Assembly (NCBI GenBank): GCA_964016885.1
Contig: OZ024750.1
Coordinates: 18,662,001-18,726,000 of the forward strand
DNA length: 64,000 nt
DNA from: Eledone cirrhosa
Lineage: Eukaryota
Direction of reading: 5' to 3'
In this document: one piece after another, positions 26,995-42,092 of the stretch
Layout: every line of letters begins with the position of its first letter
Numbering within the stretch: position 1 is the first letter of the stretch
The notes under the pieces: generated by a model
Seen by the model: only the letters and a program-made list of their open reading frames with translations
Database searches by the model: none
Told to the model about the DNA's origin: nothing
Translations under genes and position numbers: made by a program

Positions 26995-27429
26995 ACCCCC
27001 CCCCCCCCCGTCCCACCACCCCCAACCCATTGGCCACACCGCCCCTTTCAATGTAAAGTTATGTTGGTGCCACAACATCCAGGCCGAAACAAATGAGATC
27101 GTGTAGGTGTCACGACAAAAAAAAAACGCACAGTCCACGCTGTAATGTGGCCGTGTAGGCAACATGGTAAAAACCTCCCAGTCCCACACTGTAAATGTGG
27201 TTGGTGTTAGGAAGGGCATCCAGTTCTAGAAAACCCGCCAGGCAGTCCTATGCGAGCAAGACAACCACTCTTGCCTCAAGTGGGAAAACTCCCGTCCAAA
27301 CCCATGCAAGCGTGGAACATGGACGTTAAACGGTGATGATGATGATGATGATGATATATATATATTATATATATATATATGTGAGTGTGTGTGTGTGTGT
27401 GTGGTGTAAAGTGTAGTGTATGTATATAT

Positions 27430-27444
27430 ATATGCATATTGTTG

Positions 27445-27476
<32 letters not shown>

Positions 27477-27980
27477 GGTGGTGGTGGTGGTGGTGGGTAT
27501 AGTTGTTGTTGGTAGTGGTGGTGTGGTGGTGGTGGTAGTGGTGGGTGATGGTTGTGGTGGTGGTGGTGGGTATTGTTGTTGCTGTTCTTGTTGGTGGTGG
27601 TGGTGGTGATGGCGGAGGCAGTGGCGGTGCTGGTTATGGTGGTGGTGATGTTGGTTGTGGTGTTGGTGGTGGTGGTGGTGCTGGTGATGTTGTTACTATA
27701 GCAGGAGCAGAACATTTCATTTTTTTTTTTTCTAGTTAATGTAACTATAGTTTCAGCAGTCATTGTAGTTGTTGTTGTTGCTATTGTTGTTGTTGTGTAA
27801 TTGTAGCATCAACTGTTGTTGCTATTGTTGCTGTTGTGTAATTGTAGCATCAACTGTTGTTGCTATTGTTGTTGTTGTGTAATTGTAGCATCAACTGTTG
27901 TTGCTATTGTTGTTGTGTAATTGTAGCATCAACTGTTGTTGCTATTGTTGTTGTGTAATTGTAGCATCAACTGTTGTTGC
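27430..27980. repeat. (GGT)/(GTT) tract followed by about five 38-41-bp repeats
   Basis: Unit tgttgttgctattgttgttgttgtgtaattgtagcatcaac at 27773-27980. Confidence 0.9.
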
Positions 27981-28534
27981 TTTTGTAGATGGTATAACGT
28001 GAACAGAACATTTTGGTTGTTGTTGGTTGTGAGTGGTGTTAGGAAGCTTATCTAACTTGTAAACATGTTAAACATAGGACTGAGAAGACTCTTCAGTTGT
28101 CTAAAGGGAACAACAAACTTTCTTGTGCTGATGCCATGATAAAATGCCCCCAGTACACTCTAAAAAAGTAGTGCATCATGTTAAAAAGGGTATCCAGCAG
28201 TAGTAAACATGTTAACCCTTTAGCATTTACATTACTCTGTATATACTATTGTTGATACAACACCTTTCTAAGAGAAGAAAACTGAAAAAAAAAAAACTGC
28301 CCCCTTTGGAAGAATCCGATGATGTTGACCAGTTCTCCTTTTCGGGTAGTGTTTTCTATGCTCAGAGAGTGGGATTGGTCGAGTGCAAGGCCTCTCCCCA
28401 CTTAAAAAACCATCAAAGCAGAGGCATTGGTTCTTCAAGATATGTTACAAGTTTGTGTGGCTGGGCATAGCCAAGACGTGCACCAAACTCTATAAAACCT
28501 ACAAGTGATAATAATACTCTTAGCAGAGTTTGCA

Positions 28535-28580
<46 letters not shown>

Positions 28581-28737
28581 TGAAACAGAAAACAAAAAAA
28601 CCATGAGGAAGCGAAGAGGCAGTACAGATGGGAGAGGGAGAAGGTGGTGTGTGTGTATATGTGTAGGTGTACGTGTGTGTGTGTGTGTGTGGATGTGAAT
28701 GTGAGAGTTGGGGTAAGAACGAGGTTCCATGTTCAGG

Positions 28738-28777
<40 letters not shown>

Positions 28778-28822
28778 GCATATATAGATACATATATAGG
28801 TATAGATATAGATATAGATACA

Positions 28823-28859
<37 letters not shown>

Positions 28860-28974
28860 TGTGTGTATGTGTAGATATAGATATGTATATATGTTTGTAT
28901 CTATATCTATATCTATACCTATATATATCTATATCTATATATGCATGTGTATATATATATATATTACCCGAACA

Positions 28975-29016
<42 letters not shown>

Positions 29017-31614
29017 CATATATATATACATATATATATACCCATGTAAAGAATAATATTTTTAAAATATATATATAATATATATAATATATATAAAGAG
29101 AAAAAACGTGTTCACTTATCTCTCAATAAATTATAACCTTCTTCTGTCTAAAGAGGGAAGAAGGTTGTTATAATGAACTGGTTTGAAAATCTATTTTCTT
29201 TTTAGCTAATTCCACACTTTTCACTGCATAACCCCTAAATCTATTTATTTATTTATCCATTCTTTTGTTTTTCCATTATATTTTATTTTATTTCAACTCT
29301 TTGTTATTTTCTCTTTGTTTTGTCGACCATTACGACGCCCATTCAATCCCGTAAAAACTTGGTAAAACTTATTATTTTCTGTAACTATTGTCTTTCTTAA
29401 GATTTTACTTTGTTATAAAAACGTTTCTGTAACTGGCTATCAGAATAGAACAGAGGTTTTTAAACTGTGCACTTGACACTTTACTGCATCACCAATAATA
29501 TCTAGTTGTGTCACAAAATTAACCCATTTGTTACTAGTAATTCTCAATTAATTTTGAAAATGATCAAGAATTTGGAGGTATTTAGTAATCATTATTAAAG
29601 TGGATTGGCAGTATTGCTGGAATGTCAGACACCATGCTTTGCAGCATAGAGTTATGGCCATTTATGGTCTGAGTTCAAATCCCACCGAGGTTAACTTTGC
29701 CTTTCATCCTTACGGGGTCGATAAAATAAAGTACCAGTAATATACTGGGATAATGGCTGGCCTTGTGCCAAAAGTAGAAACAATTATTAAGCTGGTGTTT
29801 GGCACATAACTTAAAAGATTCTTACATAGAATTATGATGGAAGGTGTTTAGATAAATCTTAACCTTTTAAAATAAATAGCTTTGTATTGTTGAATCATGT
29901 GTGCTTTCAGGTGGTTTAGTGTTAAAATGTTTAATGAAAATTAGGTGTAGAAGAATGGTTTGTGAGAGCAGTGCAAGCCATGTACAGATGAGCAGTCAGT
30001 AAAATGAAAGTAGGAAAGGAATTTAATGAGGAATTCAAGGTTCAGGTAGGAGTTCATCCGAGTTCTGTCCACAGCCTACTTCTGATCATTATAGTTCTCC
30101 ATGTCATAACAGAGGACTTTAAGACAGGCTGACCATGGGAACTTCTTTATGCATACACTTTCTCAAAGCTCATCGTTGTTTTTATATTGATCGTATGTGT
30201 TTGAATGAGAGAATTAAGAAGCAGCAATAAAAAAATTGGGGTGTTAAATATCTAAAAGAAAGATATGTAAAAATATCCCTGAGAGATATTTCCAGGTCAA
30301 AGAGATTTAATGAAATATTATGGGTGAAATTTGTTAAAATATGTCTGAGAAAGAAGTATGAAATCACGTTTAACAAGATGTACTCTTTATAAGAGCTCAT
30401 GATCATTATTTATACATATCAGACCAGAAGCATTTCAATGAAGGCAATTAAACAGTTAGAAGAGAATATAAGTATGACATAATGAGGGAAATAAAAATCT
30501 ACAGAAATATCTCCACAATAAATAGATTATTACAAAGTTCAGTTAACTATTTTTAGTGAAATATTTTGGATGAAATTTGCTAAAGTCTGTCTGAGACATG
30601 AAATGAAGAGAAATATGAAATCACATTTAACACAGATTTAACAAGATGTACACTACATATTCTACATATCTAAATATCTCTCTACATGATACATATTTTT
30701 TTATCTCCTTATTATATTCATATCTATTCATTATTTTCTTATCAATTACATTATTATTTATCTCATCGCAATGGTATTTATGTATATAAATATATATAAT
30801 AATAATAATAATGAAATTATTGTGTACAGTGCTCAGGTGTACTTCAACAATATAATATAATGATATATAATGAAATTATTGTGTAAAGTGTTCAGGTGCA
30901 CCACAACTCGTCAATATAGTACATAGAATAATACACAAACATCAGGGAAGTACATGTGTGTATGTGTTAGCTGTAGTGTTGGCGGATCTCGGGAAGCATG
31001 GAGGCCTTAAAGGATGCAGTGTCTCGACAGCTAACAACTGATGCAGGTAGTTTGTTCCATGCTTCAGCAACTCTGAGCGTGAAGGTGAGCTTATGTTTGT
31101 CTGTGTAGTGTAGAATACATCTATGTGTGCATGTGTGTGTCTGCATGTGTGATAATTCCATATATATATATATCTGGAATTATCACACATATACATGTAC
31201 ATCATCATCATCATCCTCATCAACGTTTAATGTCCATCTTCCACGCTTGCATGGGTTTGGACGGGGGTTTTCCCACTTGAGGCAAGAGTGGTTGTCTTGC
31301 TCGCATAGGACTGTCTGGCGGGTTTTCTACGGCTGGATGCCCTTCCTAACACCAACCACATTTACAGTGTGGGGCTGGGAGGTTTTTACCGTGTTACCTA
31401 CACGGCCACATTACAGCGTGGACTGTGTGTTTTTTGTCGTGACACCTACACGATCTCATTTGCTTCGGCCTGGATGTTGTGGCACCAACATAACTTTACA
31501 TTGAAAGGGGTGGTGTGGATGGGGTGGGGGTGGGGGGACGGGGGGGGGGGGGTGTTTTGTTAGAGATGCCTAATGACTGTAGTAGGTTTTACTTTGTATT
31601 TAGGTAAGGCGTAC

Positions 31615-31675
<61 letters not shown>

Positions 31676-31686
31676 CATGTACACAC

Positions 31687-31723
<37 letters not shown>

Positions 31724-31835
31724 GACACACACATGTATATATATGTATGTATATATACAAATATAGTAAAATAAAAAATATATAATATTTATTTATACAT
31801 AGTATATATTATATTTATTTTGTTATATATATACA

Positions 31836-32745
31836 CTAGCCGAATTACCCGCGCCTTGCTGCGTTTCACACATTTTTTTTGTAAGAAAATGATGATTGAT
31901 TTTAAATCGGTAATATAATTTATGGAGAAAAACTCTGCATTTCAATATTACTCAATGTAAAATGTAATGCACGAACAATTGAGGTCGATAAAATAAAGTA
32001 CCAGTAATGCACTGGGTAATTGCTGGCCTTGTGCCTAAAGTAGAAACAATTATTTTTTGTAATATAAGGGCGGTGGATTGGCAGTATTAGTAGAGAGTCG
32101 GACGCCATGCTTTCCAGCATAGTTACGTCCCTTTACGGTCTGAGTTCAAATCCCGCCGAGGTTAACTTTGCCTTTCATCCTTACGGGGTCGATAAAATAA
32201 AGTACCAGTAATGTACTGGGTAATTGCTGGCCTTGTGCCAAAAGTAGAAACAATTATTTTTTGTAATATATCAAATCAAAATTACATTATTATATCTTAT
32301 TCTTATTTTGTTTCTTCAATATCAATTCAAAACTTTTGTGAATAGGCATCATATCTTGTCATTTACCTATGGTTTAAATTTCATATAAATCAAAGGGAAA
32401 AAATTTTCAGTAGGTGTTTGTGCCTCCGGAGAACCCTAATATGGGGTTTAACCCTCATTAGGGTGTCTTAATATTATTAAAATTTGCTGAAATTTTGTGA
32501 ATAGGCATTATATCTTGTCATTTACCTTTAAATTTCATATAAATTGAAGGGAAAACATTTTCAGTGGGCGTTTTCAGCGGAGGTTTGTGCCCCCGGGGAA
32601 CCCTTTGATTAAAATGAAATATACTTATCCAAGTTCCCTGGGCAATGTAGTTTCAGAATATATATATGGTTATGGGGTCTATCTCCAAAACGTAGGAGTA
32701 GTTCGTGAACAAACAAACAAACAGACAAACAGGAATACTTTTATT
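31836..32745 (-). mobile_element. Non-autonomous Helitron-like element (Lep1/DINE-like layout) with nested SINEs
   Basis: Minus-strand 3' end ..cgcagcaaggcgcgggtaattcggCTAG|t (GC hairpin then CTAG); (ACAA/ACAG)n near other end (32708-32732); internal direct repeat about 32335-32437/32493-32605. Confidence 0.5.
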
Positions 32746-33791
32746 TTTCTCTAAAAACATTTTTTCTGATTCCGCCCTGCCTGTCCCTTCAATCTTTATA
32801 ATTTCTCATTCTTTCTTCTGAAACGTTAAGACCCTCTTCTTCTTGCTATTTCAAGCATTAAACTAATATATTCCTTCCATACACTGTACCGTTTGTGTTA
32901 TTATTTCTGTTTACCTTTTAAATATATATATATATAGAGAGAGTTAAGAACTCAGGGTAGACCCTTACAATTAAATAGCTTTTTTCCGAGCCGTACAATA
33001 TAATTGAATAAACAAGAGAGATGAACACTAATATAAACATACATGTGTTTGAATCTTAAGGACTAAAATTTGCTAGGGTGAAAAAATACTAACTATATTG
33101 CTGTAGTTAATATTTTTTCACCCTAGCAAATTTTAGTCCTTACGATTCGAACACATGTATGTTTATATTAGTGTTCATCTCTCTTGTTTATTCAATTATA
33201 TTATATATATATATATTTTATCCTGAGTTCAGTTTTTTTCATCGCTTTGGTCACTGCGTCTATCGGTCTATCGGTCGCTGTCTTCAATTTGCAAAGCTGT
33301 CTAAATGTAATGTTATAACTCTAAGGTAATATACCTTATTGAGTGCTTAGCTGCACACCCGACTGCATTCGTTAGCTTGGCTGCAACCAGAGCTTCGATA
33401 AAGCTGTACTAAATTTTATATATATATAAAGCACATGGAGGCACATGGCTTAGTGGTTAAAGCATTGACCTTGCAATCGAAAGGTTGTGAGTTCAATTCT
33501 CAGACCGGGTGATGTGTTATTTCCTTGAGCAAGACACTTTATTTCACATTGCTCCAGTTTACTCAGCTGTAGAAATGAGATGATAGGACTGGGGTCCATA
33601 TCATTCCACTGCAAAGTGGTCGTGGAGGTGCCACGGCAAAAAAGCACCCAGCACTCACTGTAAATGAGGTTGGTGTTAGGAAGGGCTTCCAGCTGTAGAA
33701 ATCAAGCCAAAATCAGTTCCCGTCCCACCCTTGCAAGCAGGGGAAAAGTGGACGTAAAAGAAAATGATGATGATGATGATATATATATATA

Positions 33792-33840
<49 letters not shown>

Positions 33841-34218
33841 ACACACCCCTACTCCATCCTCCCACTCCCACCCACACCACCCTTTCTCTGTAAAGTTATG
33901 TTGGTACCACAGAACATCCAGTCCACACTGTAAATGTGGTTGGTGTTAGGAAGGGCATCCAGCCATAGAAAACCTGGCAGATACAGTCCTATACAAGAGA
34001 GACACGATCACCCGATCAATTTTACCTCAAGTGGGACAATTCTCGTCTAACCCATGCTAGCGTGGAAGATAGACGTTAAACAATGATGATGATGATGATG
34101 TGGGATGTGCAACATTTCTTCTTCCAAATATCTTTACCAAGTCTTCAGCACGGGGTAGGGAACCTGCTGTTAAGTATGTGGATCTAGAAAAATGCTTTAT
34201 TATTATTATGTTATTATC

Positions 34219-34250
<32 letters not shown>

Positions 34251-34271
34251 CATTATTTATGCCAGCATAAT

Positions 34272-34862
<591 letters not shown>

Positions 34863-35280
34863 TATCTATGTATGTATTTAATCTGTCATATCTTTCTCTC
34901 ACTTCCTTCGCTCAGTTGGTAGTTGATTAAGCATGCCCCCCTCTTATCTCTATACACCCCCCCAACTCCACACCATAAACTTAACACACATCTCTTGCAT
35001 GATGCCCCAGTAGCGCAAGGCCCTACCTGGTCACTCGACTTCCTAGAAATAACACCCTCACTTTCAATCATTTCACACCTTACATTTTATAGAAAGATGA
35101 ACAATTTAGAAAATGTAATCTAAGATATATATATACACAGTGGAATGAATGTGTAGTTGAGTGGTTAAGAAGTTCACTTCTAAATCCTGAGATGCTGAGT
35201 TTGATCTCACAGTGGAGCATCTTGGGTGTCTTTTATCGTAGCTTTGGGTCAACTCGAACATTTGTTGTGACTCAAATTGA

Positions 35281-35322
35281 ATACTACATATATTTCATTG
35301 ACCTGGCAACATCATCAGGTGT
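35281..35322 (-). ncRNA. Decayed minimal hammerhead motif
   Basis: Minus strand: acac CUGAUGA u GUUG ccaggu CAAU GAAA UAUAUG UA^ guau; core intact, stem I has one mismatch. Confidence 0.45.
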
Positions 35323-35759
35323 GCATTGCATAATTAGTTACTGAATAAAGGAATTATGGCAAACACAAATTGAGAAGATATATGAGAAGAAAAATGAAAA
35401 GATATATGAGAAGATATATTGAGAAGATATTGAGAATTATGTGAAATAAAGTGTTTATGGTGAAAATACAATAGTAACTAAAAAAAGCTCCCAGTCCACA
35501 CTGTAAATGTGGTTGGTGTTAGGAAGGGCACCCAGCTGTAGAAAACCTGCCAGAGAGTCCTATACGAGCGAGACATGGTCACCCGACCAATCTTGCCTCA
35601 AGTGGGACAACTCTCGTCTAACCCATACTAGCGTGGAAGATAGATGTTAAACAATGATGATGATGATGATGATGGGAGTAATGTAAATGCTAAAGGGTTA
35701 AAAAAAAACAATATTCTTCCTTTCCCTCAACTAGTACCTTATATATTACTCCAACTAGT

Positions 35760-36955
35760 CCTATCATATATAATAATAATAATAATAATGAAATATTGTG
35801 TACAGTGCTCAGGTGCACTACAACTCATCAAAAAGTGTATGTATAGTACATAGGGTAATGTACAAACATCAGGAAAATGAATAGTGCATGAGTCATGATA
35901 CACACGTGTGCAGGTGTAGTTTTGGCGTATTTCGGGAAGCATGAGTGTCTTAAAGGATGCAGTGTCTCGGCAGCTAACAACTGACACAGGCAGTTTGTTC
36001 CATGCTTCAGCAACTCTGAGCGTGAAAAAATGTTTATGAAAGTCATGGGAGCTGTGCTGTTTTCTGATTTTGTAGGCATGTCCACGTGTGTTAGACACAT
36101 GGAGATCAAAAAGGTGCTCAGGGTTGCAATTGGCGAGATGGTTAATAACTTTGTGGGTATTTACCAAGTCCATTGCCAGATGTCGGAGCTTCAATGAATT
36201 GCCCAGGGAAGCAAGGCGTTCAGAGTATGGTAGGTGTCTGATGGAGGGTATGCGCTTGGTTGCACGTCTCTGGACAGTTTCCAGGAGGTCAATGTTCTGA
36301 GCAAGATAGGGGTTCCAGACTGATGTTGCGAATTCCAAGTGTGGTCGTACCATAGCTGTATACAGTTTTAAATAGATGGCTGGAGAGCGGCTAACAAAGG
36401 TTTTGCTGAGTGATGCCAAGACACCCTCGGCCTTCTTGACAATCTTAGAGACATGCTTTGTCCAACGCAAATCGCTGCTGACACTAATGCCCAGGTCACG
36501 TTCACAAGAAGACTTCTTGATATCAGTGTTGTGGAGGGAGTATGTGGACGCTGGATTTTTCCTCCAAAAATGCATGGTGGTACACTTGTTCACCGCCAGC
36601 TTCAGTTGCCAGTCTGTGATCCATTGCTGCATTGTGTCCAGGTTTGATTGTAGGAAAGAGTTGTAGATTTCAGGATCAGTCCTTTTGATTTCAAGGTACA
36701 GCTTGATGTCATCTGCATATTTCAGTACCGTGGCATTCTGTAAGTTGGCATCTATGTCATTAATATATGCCACAAACAAAAGGGGACCAAGAACAGATCC
36801 CTGTGGTACACCAGATGACATCTCATATGGTGAAGAATGCTGTCCTAGAACCGTGACTACCTCTTTTCAGCTGAGAATGAAGGATTTCAACCAGTCGAAA
36901 AGATCATCCCTCACACCCATTGCAAAGAGTTTTGCCATAAGTCTTTTGTGTGGCA
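35760..36955 (-). mobile_element. 5'-truncated CR1-clade LINE, RT domain and 3'UTR
   Basis: SGVPQGSVLGPLLFVAYINDI, KYADDIKL, WQLKLAVNKC, ERDLG, LYTAMVRPHLEF, QRRATK, (ATT)n tail. Confidence 0.95.
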
Positions 36956-37999
36956 CATATACATATACATCTATTTCTTTGCTGTCAATAACCATAGTAT
37001 TTTGTCCAGTTATAATTAGTATAAGAAAATCTTTCAAAATCTTTGGTTGTTTCATTGTTAAAGATCTCTGCATGTTTTATATTCAATTCACTATATAAAC
37101 ATCCTACTTATCTTTACATCTAGAAAATCATCATTCCAAATAATTTTTACTCAACATTTTCACTCCATCTTTTCAGATTCTATTTTGATTATATTCCAAC
37201 ATTTTTTTTATTTTCATTCTTTTATTTTTATTTATTGTTTATTTTTTTACATATTTATTTTTATTCATAATTTTTTTTTTCACCTCGTCTTGACACTATG
37301 CTACCTGAAACATCTGCTTTCTGCTAATTCTTACAAAAATCTTGCAATATTCATCTCAGTTTTTCCTCATTTACAAATTACTGTAGCGTAAGAAGAAACA
37401 TCTAATCTACAATCTTTTCTCTCTGCTCTTCCATTTCCTTCCCTCCGCCTCCAATCTATTCTCTCCGCTCTTCCATTTCCCTCCCTCCACCACCAACATA
37501 CCAACACTACCTATGATTCTTTCAATACTCTGGCTAGCCTCATACTTTATAATGTGGTCTCTTATCATTACTTATCACCTCCTTTTATCATTTCAAACAA
37601 TTTTGTCGCCTCTATCATCTCTGTTATCTCTTCGTGGTATATCTTGACACACACATGCCTCTATGTGAGTGTATGTGTGTGTGTGTGTGTGTGTGAAGAG
37701 AAGACACTGTGTGTGTGTGTATGTGAGTGCATGTGTGTGTGTATGTGTGTGTGCATGTGTGTGAGTGGATGTCTGAGTGTGTGGTGTGTGTGTGTATGTG
37801 AGTGCATGTGTGTGTATAAATGTGAATGCATGTGTGTGTGTGTGTGAACAGAAGACAGTGTGTGTGTGTGTGTTTGAACAGATGACAGTGTGGTGTGTAT
37901 ATGTGAGTGCATGTGCGTGTACGTGTGTACGTGTGTGTGTATGTGTGTGTGTGCGTGTGTCAACAGAAAACAAAAAGTAATATTGAATTACATTACTGG

Positions 38000-38567
38000 T
38001 AACAACAACAATGGCAGCAGCAACAACAGTAACAACAACAATGGCAGCAGCAACAACAGTAACAACAACAATGGCAGCAGCAACAACAGTAACAACAACA
38101 ATGGCAGCAGCAACAACAGTAACAACAACAATGGCAGCAGTAACAACAACAATGACAGCAGCAACATTAAGAATGGTAACAGAAGCAAACAACTATTACA
38201 ACAACAACAATACCAATGCCAACTGCAGCAACAACAACTACAGCAACAACTACAACAACAACACCAATGCCAACTGCAGCAACAACAACTACAACAACAA
38301 CAGTACAAATCTTTGGTTCTATGATACACATCTGTTTATTTTAAAGTGTTTATCATTTTCATCATCATCATCATCATCATCACTATCATCATCATCATCA
38401 TCATCATCGTCGTCGCCGTCGTCACCATCATCATCACCATCACCACTACCATCATCATCATACTACTACCATCATGATCATCATCACCATCACCACTACC
38501 ATCATCATCATCACCATCACCACTACCATCATCATCATCACCACTACCATCATCATCATACTACTAC

Positions 38568-38614
<47 letters not shown>

Positions 38615-38650
38615 CTACCACCATCATCATCAACATGATCATCATCATAA
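38000..38650. repeat. (AAC/AGC) tract with 30-bp periodicity, then (CAT)n tract
   Basis: aacaacaacaatggcagcagcaacaacagt three exact copies plus a variant from 38001; (CAT)n 38360-38648. Confidence 0.9.
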
Positions 38651-39747
38651 ATTTGCCCCCATTTTCCATGTTGGCACACGTTGGACAGGTTGTCATGTTC
38701 TGAGATTAGTTGGGTCACATCTTGCTCATAAGTTCCATATTTTCATAAGGGTTCTATAACGTTAGCCATTTTAAAGAGCACACTGGGTACATTTTTCATA
38801 GCACCAACACTAACACTTTACAAAGTGCACTGGGTGCATTTTATCATAGAACTCACACTCACACTATCACTTTATTTTCTTTAAAAACCTTCCATCATAA
38901 TTCTATGTAAGAATCTGTATTAAGTTATGCTCCAAATAATAAGAAAGTTAGCAATATTACTAAATCCTTCCAAATTCTTGATTATTTTCAAAATGAAATG
39001 AAAGCCATAGGCAGTGCCTTTCATTAAAAATATGGTAAAGAAAGAGTTAAAGAGTATATATTTATTAACAAAAACTTCTATCATAATTTTATGTAAGAAC
39101 CTTTGATAAGTTACATTCCAAATACTTAGTAAAGACGGAGTTAGATACATTATTCAATTTCTCCAAATTCTTGACTATTCTCAAAATTCTTTGAAAATCA
39201 TAGGTGGCATTTTTCATAAGAAATATAGCAATGGAAGGGTAAAACTGACATAGCACTTAATCTTAGAAACACACTCTATACTTTCTCAATAATAAAGGCA
39301 CGAAACAAATTCTGAGAATTAACGATAGAACAAAAGAGAGAGAGGGGGGAGTAGAGAAAGGGAGTGAGAGATAAATAGATAGATAGATTTAGGGCGGGAG
39401 AGATAACTAGACAGATAGATATAAGAAGGGAAAGGTATATAGATAGATAGATATAGCGGAAGGTAGAGAGAGAGATATAGATAGATACAGTGAAGGGTGA
39501 GACAATATGGTTAGAGAGAGAGAAAGTGAAGAATTTTCCAAGAATTCCATCAAAGATTGAGGAAATAATCCTTCAAACAGTGACAAGATGCTGCCAACCA
39601 AGATTAGTTCACATGTTTACTGAGGTATTTAATCATGTTGACTGCCTCTTTTTCTTTTTACAGCTACAGTTTCTGTGCCAAGGTTTTTTTCTTCAGTAAA
39701 ATGACTATTTTAATTGACAAACATCAATAAACTATTAAACCCATCTA

Positions 39748-40000
39748 GCTTTGAAGTTTTGAACTGTTGGAAAAGAGTTCATAACTTCGCAGTTATGAAC
39801 TTTTGGAAAGGAGTTCTTAACTTTGAAGTTATGAACTTCTGGAAACGAGTTCATAACTTTGAAGTTATGAACTGTAGGAGAGGAGTTTATAATTTTGAAG
39901 TTATGAACTTCTGGAAAGGAGTTCATAACTTTGAAGTTATGAACTGTTGGAAAGGAGTTCATAACTTTGAAGTTATGAACTATTGGGAAGGAGTTCATGC
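39748..40000. repeat. 36-bp minisatellite, about 7 units, each unit internally palindromic
   Basis: Unit ctttgaagttatgaacttctggaaaggagttcataa; aagttatgaact/agttcataactt dyad. Confidence 0.9.
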
Positions 40001-40329
40001 ATGTTAAGACAAGTTATCTTGTCTATGGCACTGAAGAGGTTAAAGATACTTTGTTGTTCATTTCTTGAATGCTTCATTTTTAAAGTGGTCCTTACTGGTA
40101 CATCATTAAATACTGAATGGATTTCTTTAAAAATTGATGTCTTCTTGCAGCCCTAATATCTGATTCTTGACTTCGGATCAAATTATTATCATTTGTCATT
40201 CTAATATTCCCCAATCCCTATTACTTAGAGAGCGTGTGAGAGGGGGGGGGGGGGGGGAGATAGAAATAGAGGGGGGAGAATGAAAAAGATAATGACAGTG
40301 AGATAGAATTTGAGGCTGACATATACTTA

Positions 40330-41215
40330 CATCATCATCATTTGACGTCCGCTTTTCCCTGCTTGCAAGGGTGGGACGGGTCTTATTCAGCACAGCATCT
40401 CTCCACTCGTCATGGTCCTTCGTCATCTCCACCGTGAGCTTCAATGATCTGAGGTCTGTTCTCACCACCTCTGCCCCTGTTTTTCGTGGTCTACCTCTAC
40501 CACGTCTTCCTTCAACTGGCATTTCCTGGCACTTCTTCACCCATCGGTCATCCTCCATGCGCATCACATGTCCATACCACCTCAGTCTCCTCTCCCGTAC
40601 ACTACATTCTATCCCTCTCAGACACAGTTTCTCTCTCAACAAATTTATGCTGGGTCGTTCACGCACATTTACACTGCACATCCAACGGAGCATGCTTGCC
40701 TCATTTCTCTCCAGCCGTCACATATCCTCTGCAGTTGCTGCCCATGTCTCACTATCATGCAGCATCGCGCTCCTCACACAGGCATCATACAACCGGCCTT
40801 TCGTACGCAGGGAGAAACCCTTCTTCGTCAACAGAAGAAGCAGCTCCCTAAACTTCTTCCAACCCATCCTTATTCTAGATACTATGGCCTCGGAACACCC
40901 TCCTCCCATGCTAATCTGATCTCCTAGGTACCGGAAGCTATCCACCACTTCTATAGCGCCCTCCTGCATCTGAAAAATGTGTCTATCAATGCGACTTCTA
41001 CTGTCTAATTTCCTTGTACATCTACTGCATACATATTTCTCCCTACCTGTTAGTTTGCCTGCTATCCCGCTACATCTCTTGTGTACCCAGGATCTGCATT
41101 GTGTGCATTTTATAGAATTTATGCCAGTTCCTTTTCTGCATATCGAACATGGCCATTTCCCTGATGGAATCAGAGTTTTGTCCTCTTTTCTACTCATCAA
41201 CACTTTTGTCTTACA
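40330..41215 (-). mobile_element. 5'-truncated RTE LINE with Cys-rich (PHD-like) segment, one in-frame stop, intact 3' end
   Basis: WPCSICRKGTGINSIKCTQCRSWVHKRC..VDSFRYLGDQISMGGGCSEA..RRLRWYGHVMRM..GRGRPRKT; ends in (GAT)n. Confidence 0.9.
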
Positions 41216-41274
<59 letters not shown>

Positions 41275-41289
41275 TATGGATATATATAT

Positions 41290-41645
41290 ATATATAAGTA
41301 GAAGGGATATTTAATTTGTTGGAAATTCAACAAATATAAATGTTTATAACTGATTCAGAGCACTCGACAGATTTCTGGAGTAAATATTCAATGATATTAA
41401 ATAAATGGAAACTATATTTATAAACCCATATTTATTCTATTATATTCAAGGGTATTTAATCTCACTACCCAAGGAAAATTCAACTGATAAGGTATGTTTC
41501 CTTGGCTATGTCAAAATTTATAAAACACACTTTGTATTTTATCTGATGAAAGCGTACCAAAGTTTTTGGTACCCTTGAAATATATATAATAGAATAAATA
41601 TGGTTTTATAAATATAGTTTCCATTTATTTAATATCATTGTATAT
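41290..41645. mobile_element. Penelope-like inverted pLTR insertion carrying a hammerhead
   Basis: Arms about 41390-41455 / 41570-41640, tail 41295-41390; same family as 42050-42495 in opposite orientation; (TA)n flanks. Confidence 0.7.
41535..41596 (+). ncRNA. Minimal type-I hammerhead ribozyme in Penelope-like inverted pLTR insertion
   Basis: uauuuuau CUGAUGA aagcGUACCAAA guu UUUGGUACccuu GAAA UAUAUA UA^ auagaaua; 8-bp stem I, palindromic AUAUAUAU stem III. Confidence 0.8.
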
Positions 41646-41997
41646 ATATATATATATATATATGAAACAATAGCAAGTGATTAAATGTTCTAAACACTCT
41701 TTTATTGTTATTTATCACTCGTATGGGACTGTCTGGCAGGTTTGCTACGGCTGGATGCCCTTCCTAACACCAACTACGTTTACAGTGTGGACTGGGAGCT
41801 TTCTACCGTGTTACCTACATGGCCACATTACAGCGTGGACTGTGTTTTTTTGTTGTGACACCTACACGACCATATTTATTTAGGACTGGATGTTGTGGTA
41901 CCAACATAACTTTACAGAGGAAGGGGTGGTGTTGATGGGGGTGGGAGAGTTGGGGTAGTGGGAGGGGATGTATATTTGATTAAGAGGTGCCTACTGG

Positions 41998-42054
<57 letters not shown>

Positions 42055-42092
42055 ATATTAACAAATGGAAACTATATTTATAAAACCATATA

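Noticed and set aside
30230-30655. Diverged direct repeat of about 130 bp as LTRs
   Set aside because: No TG..CA ends, PBS or internal coding sequence; looks like an old local duplication.
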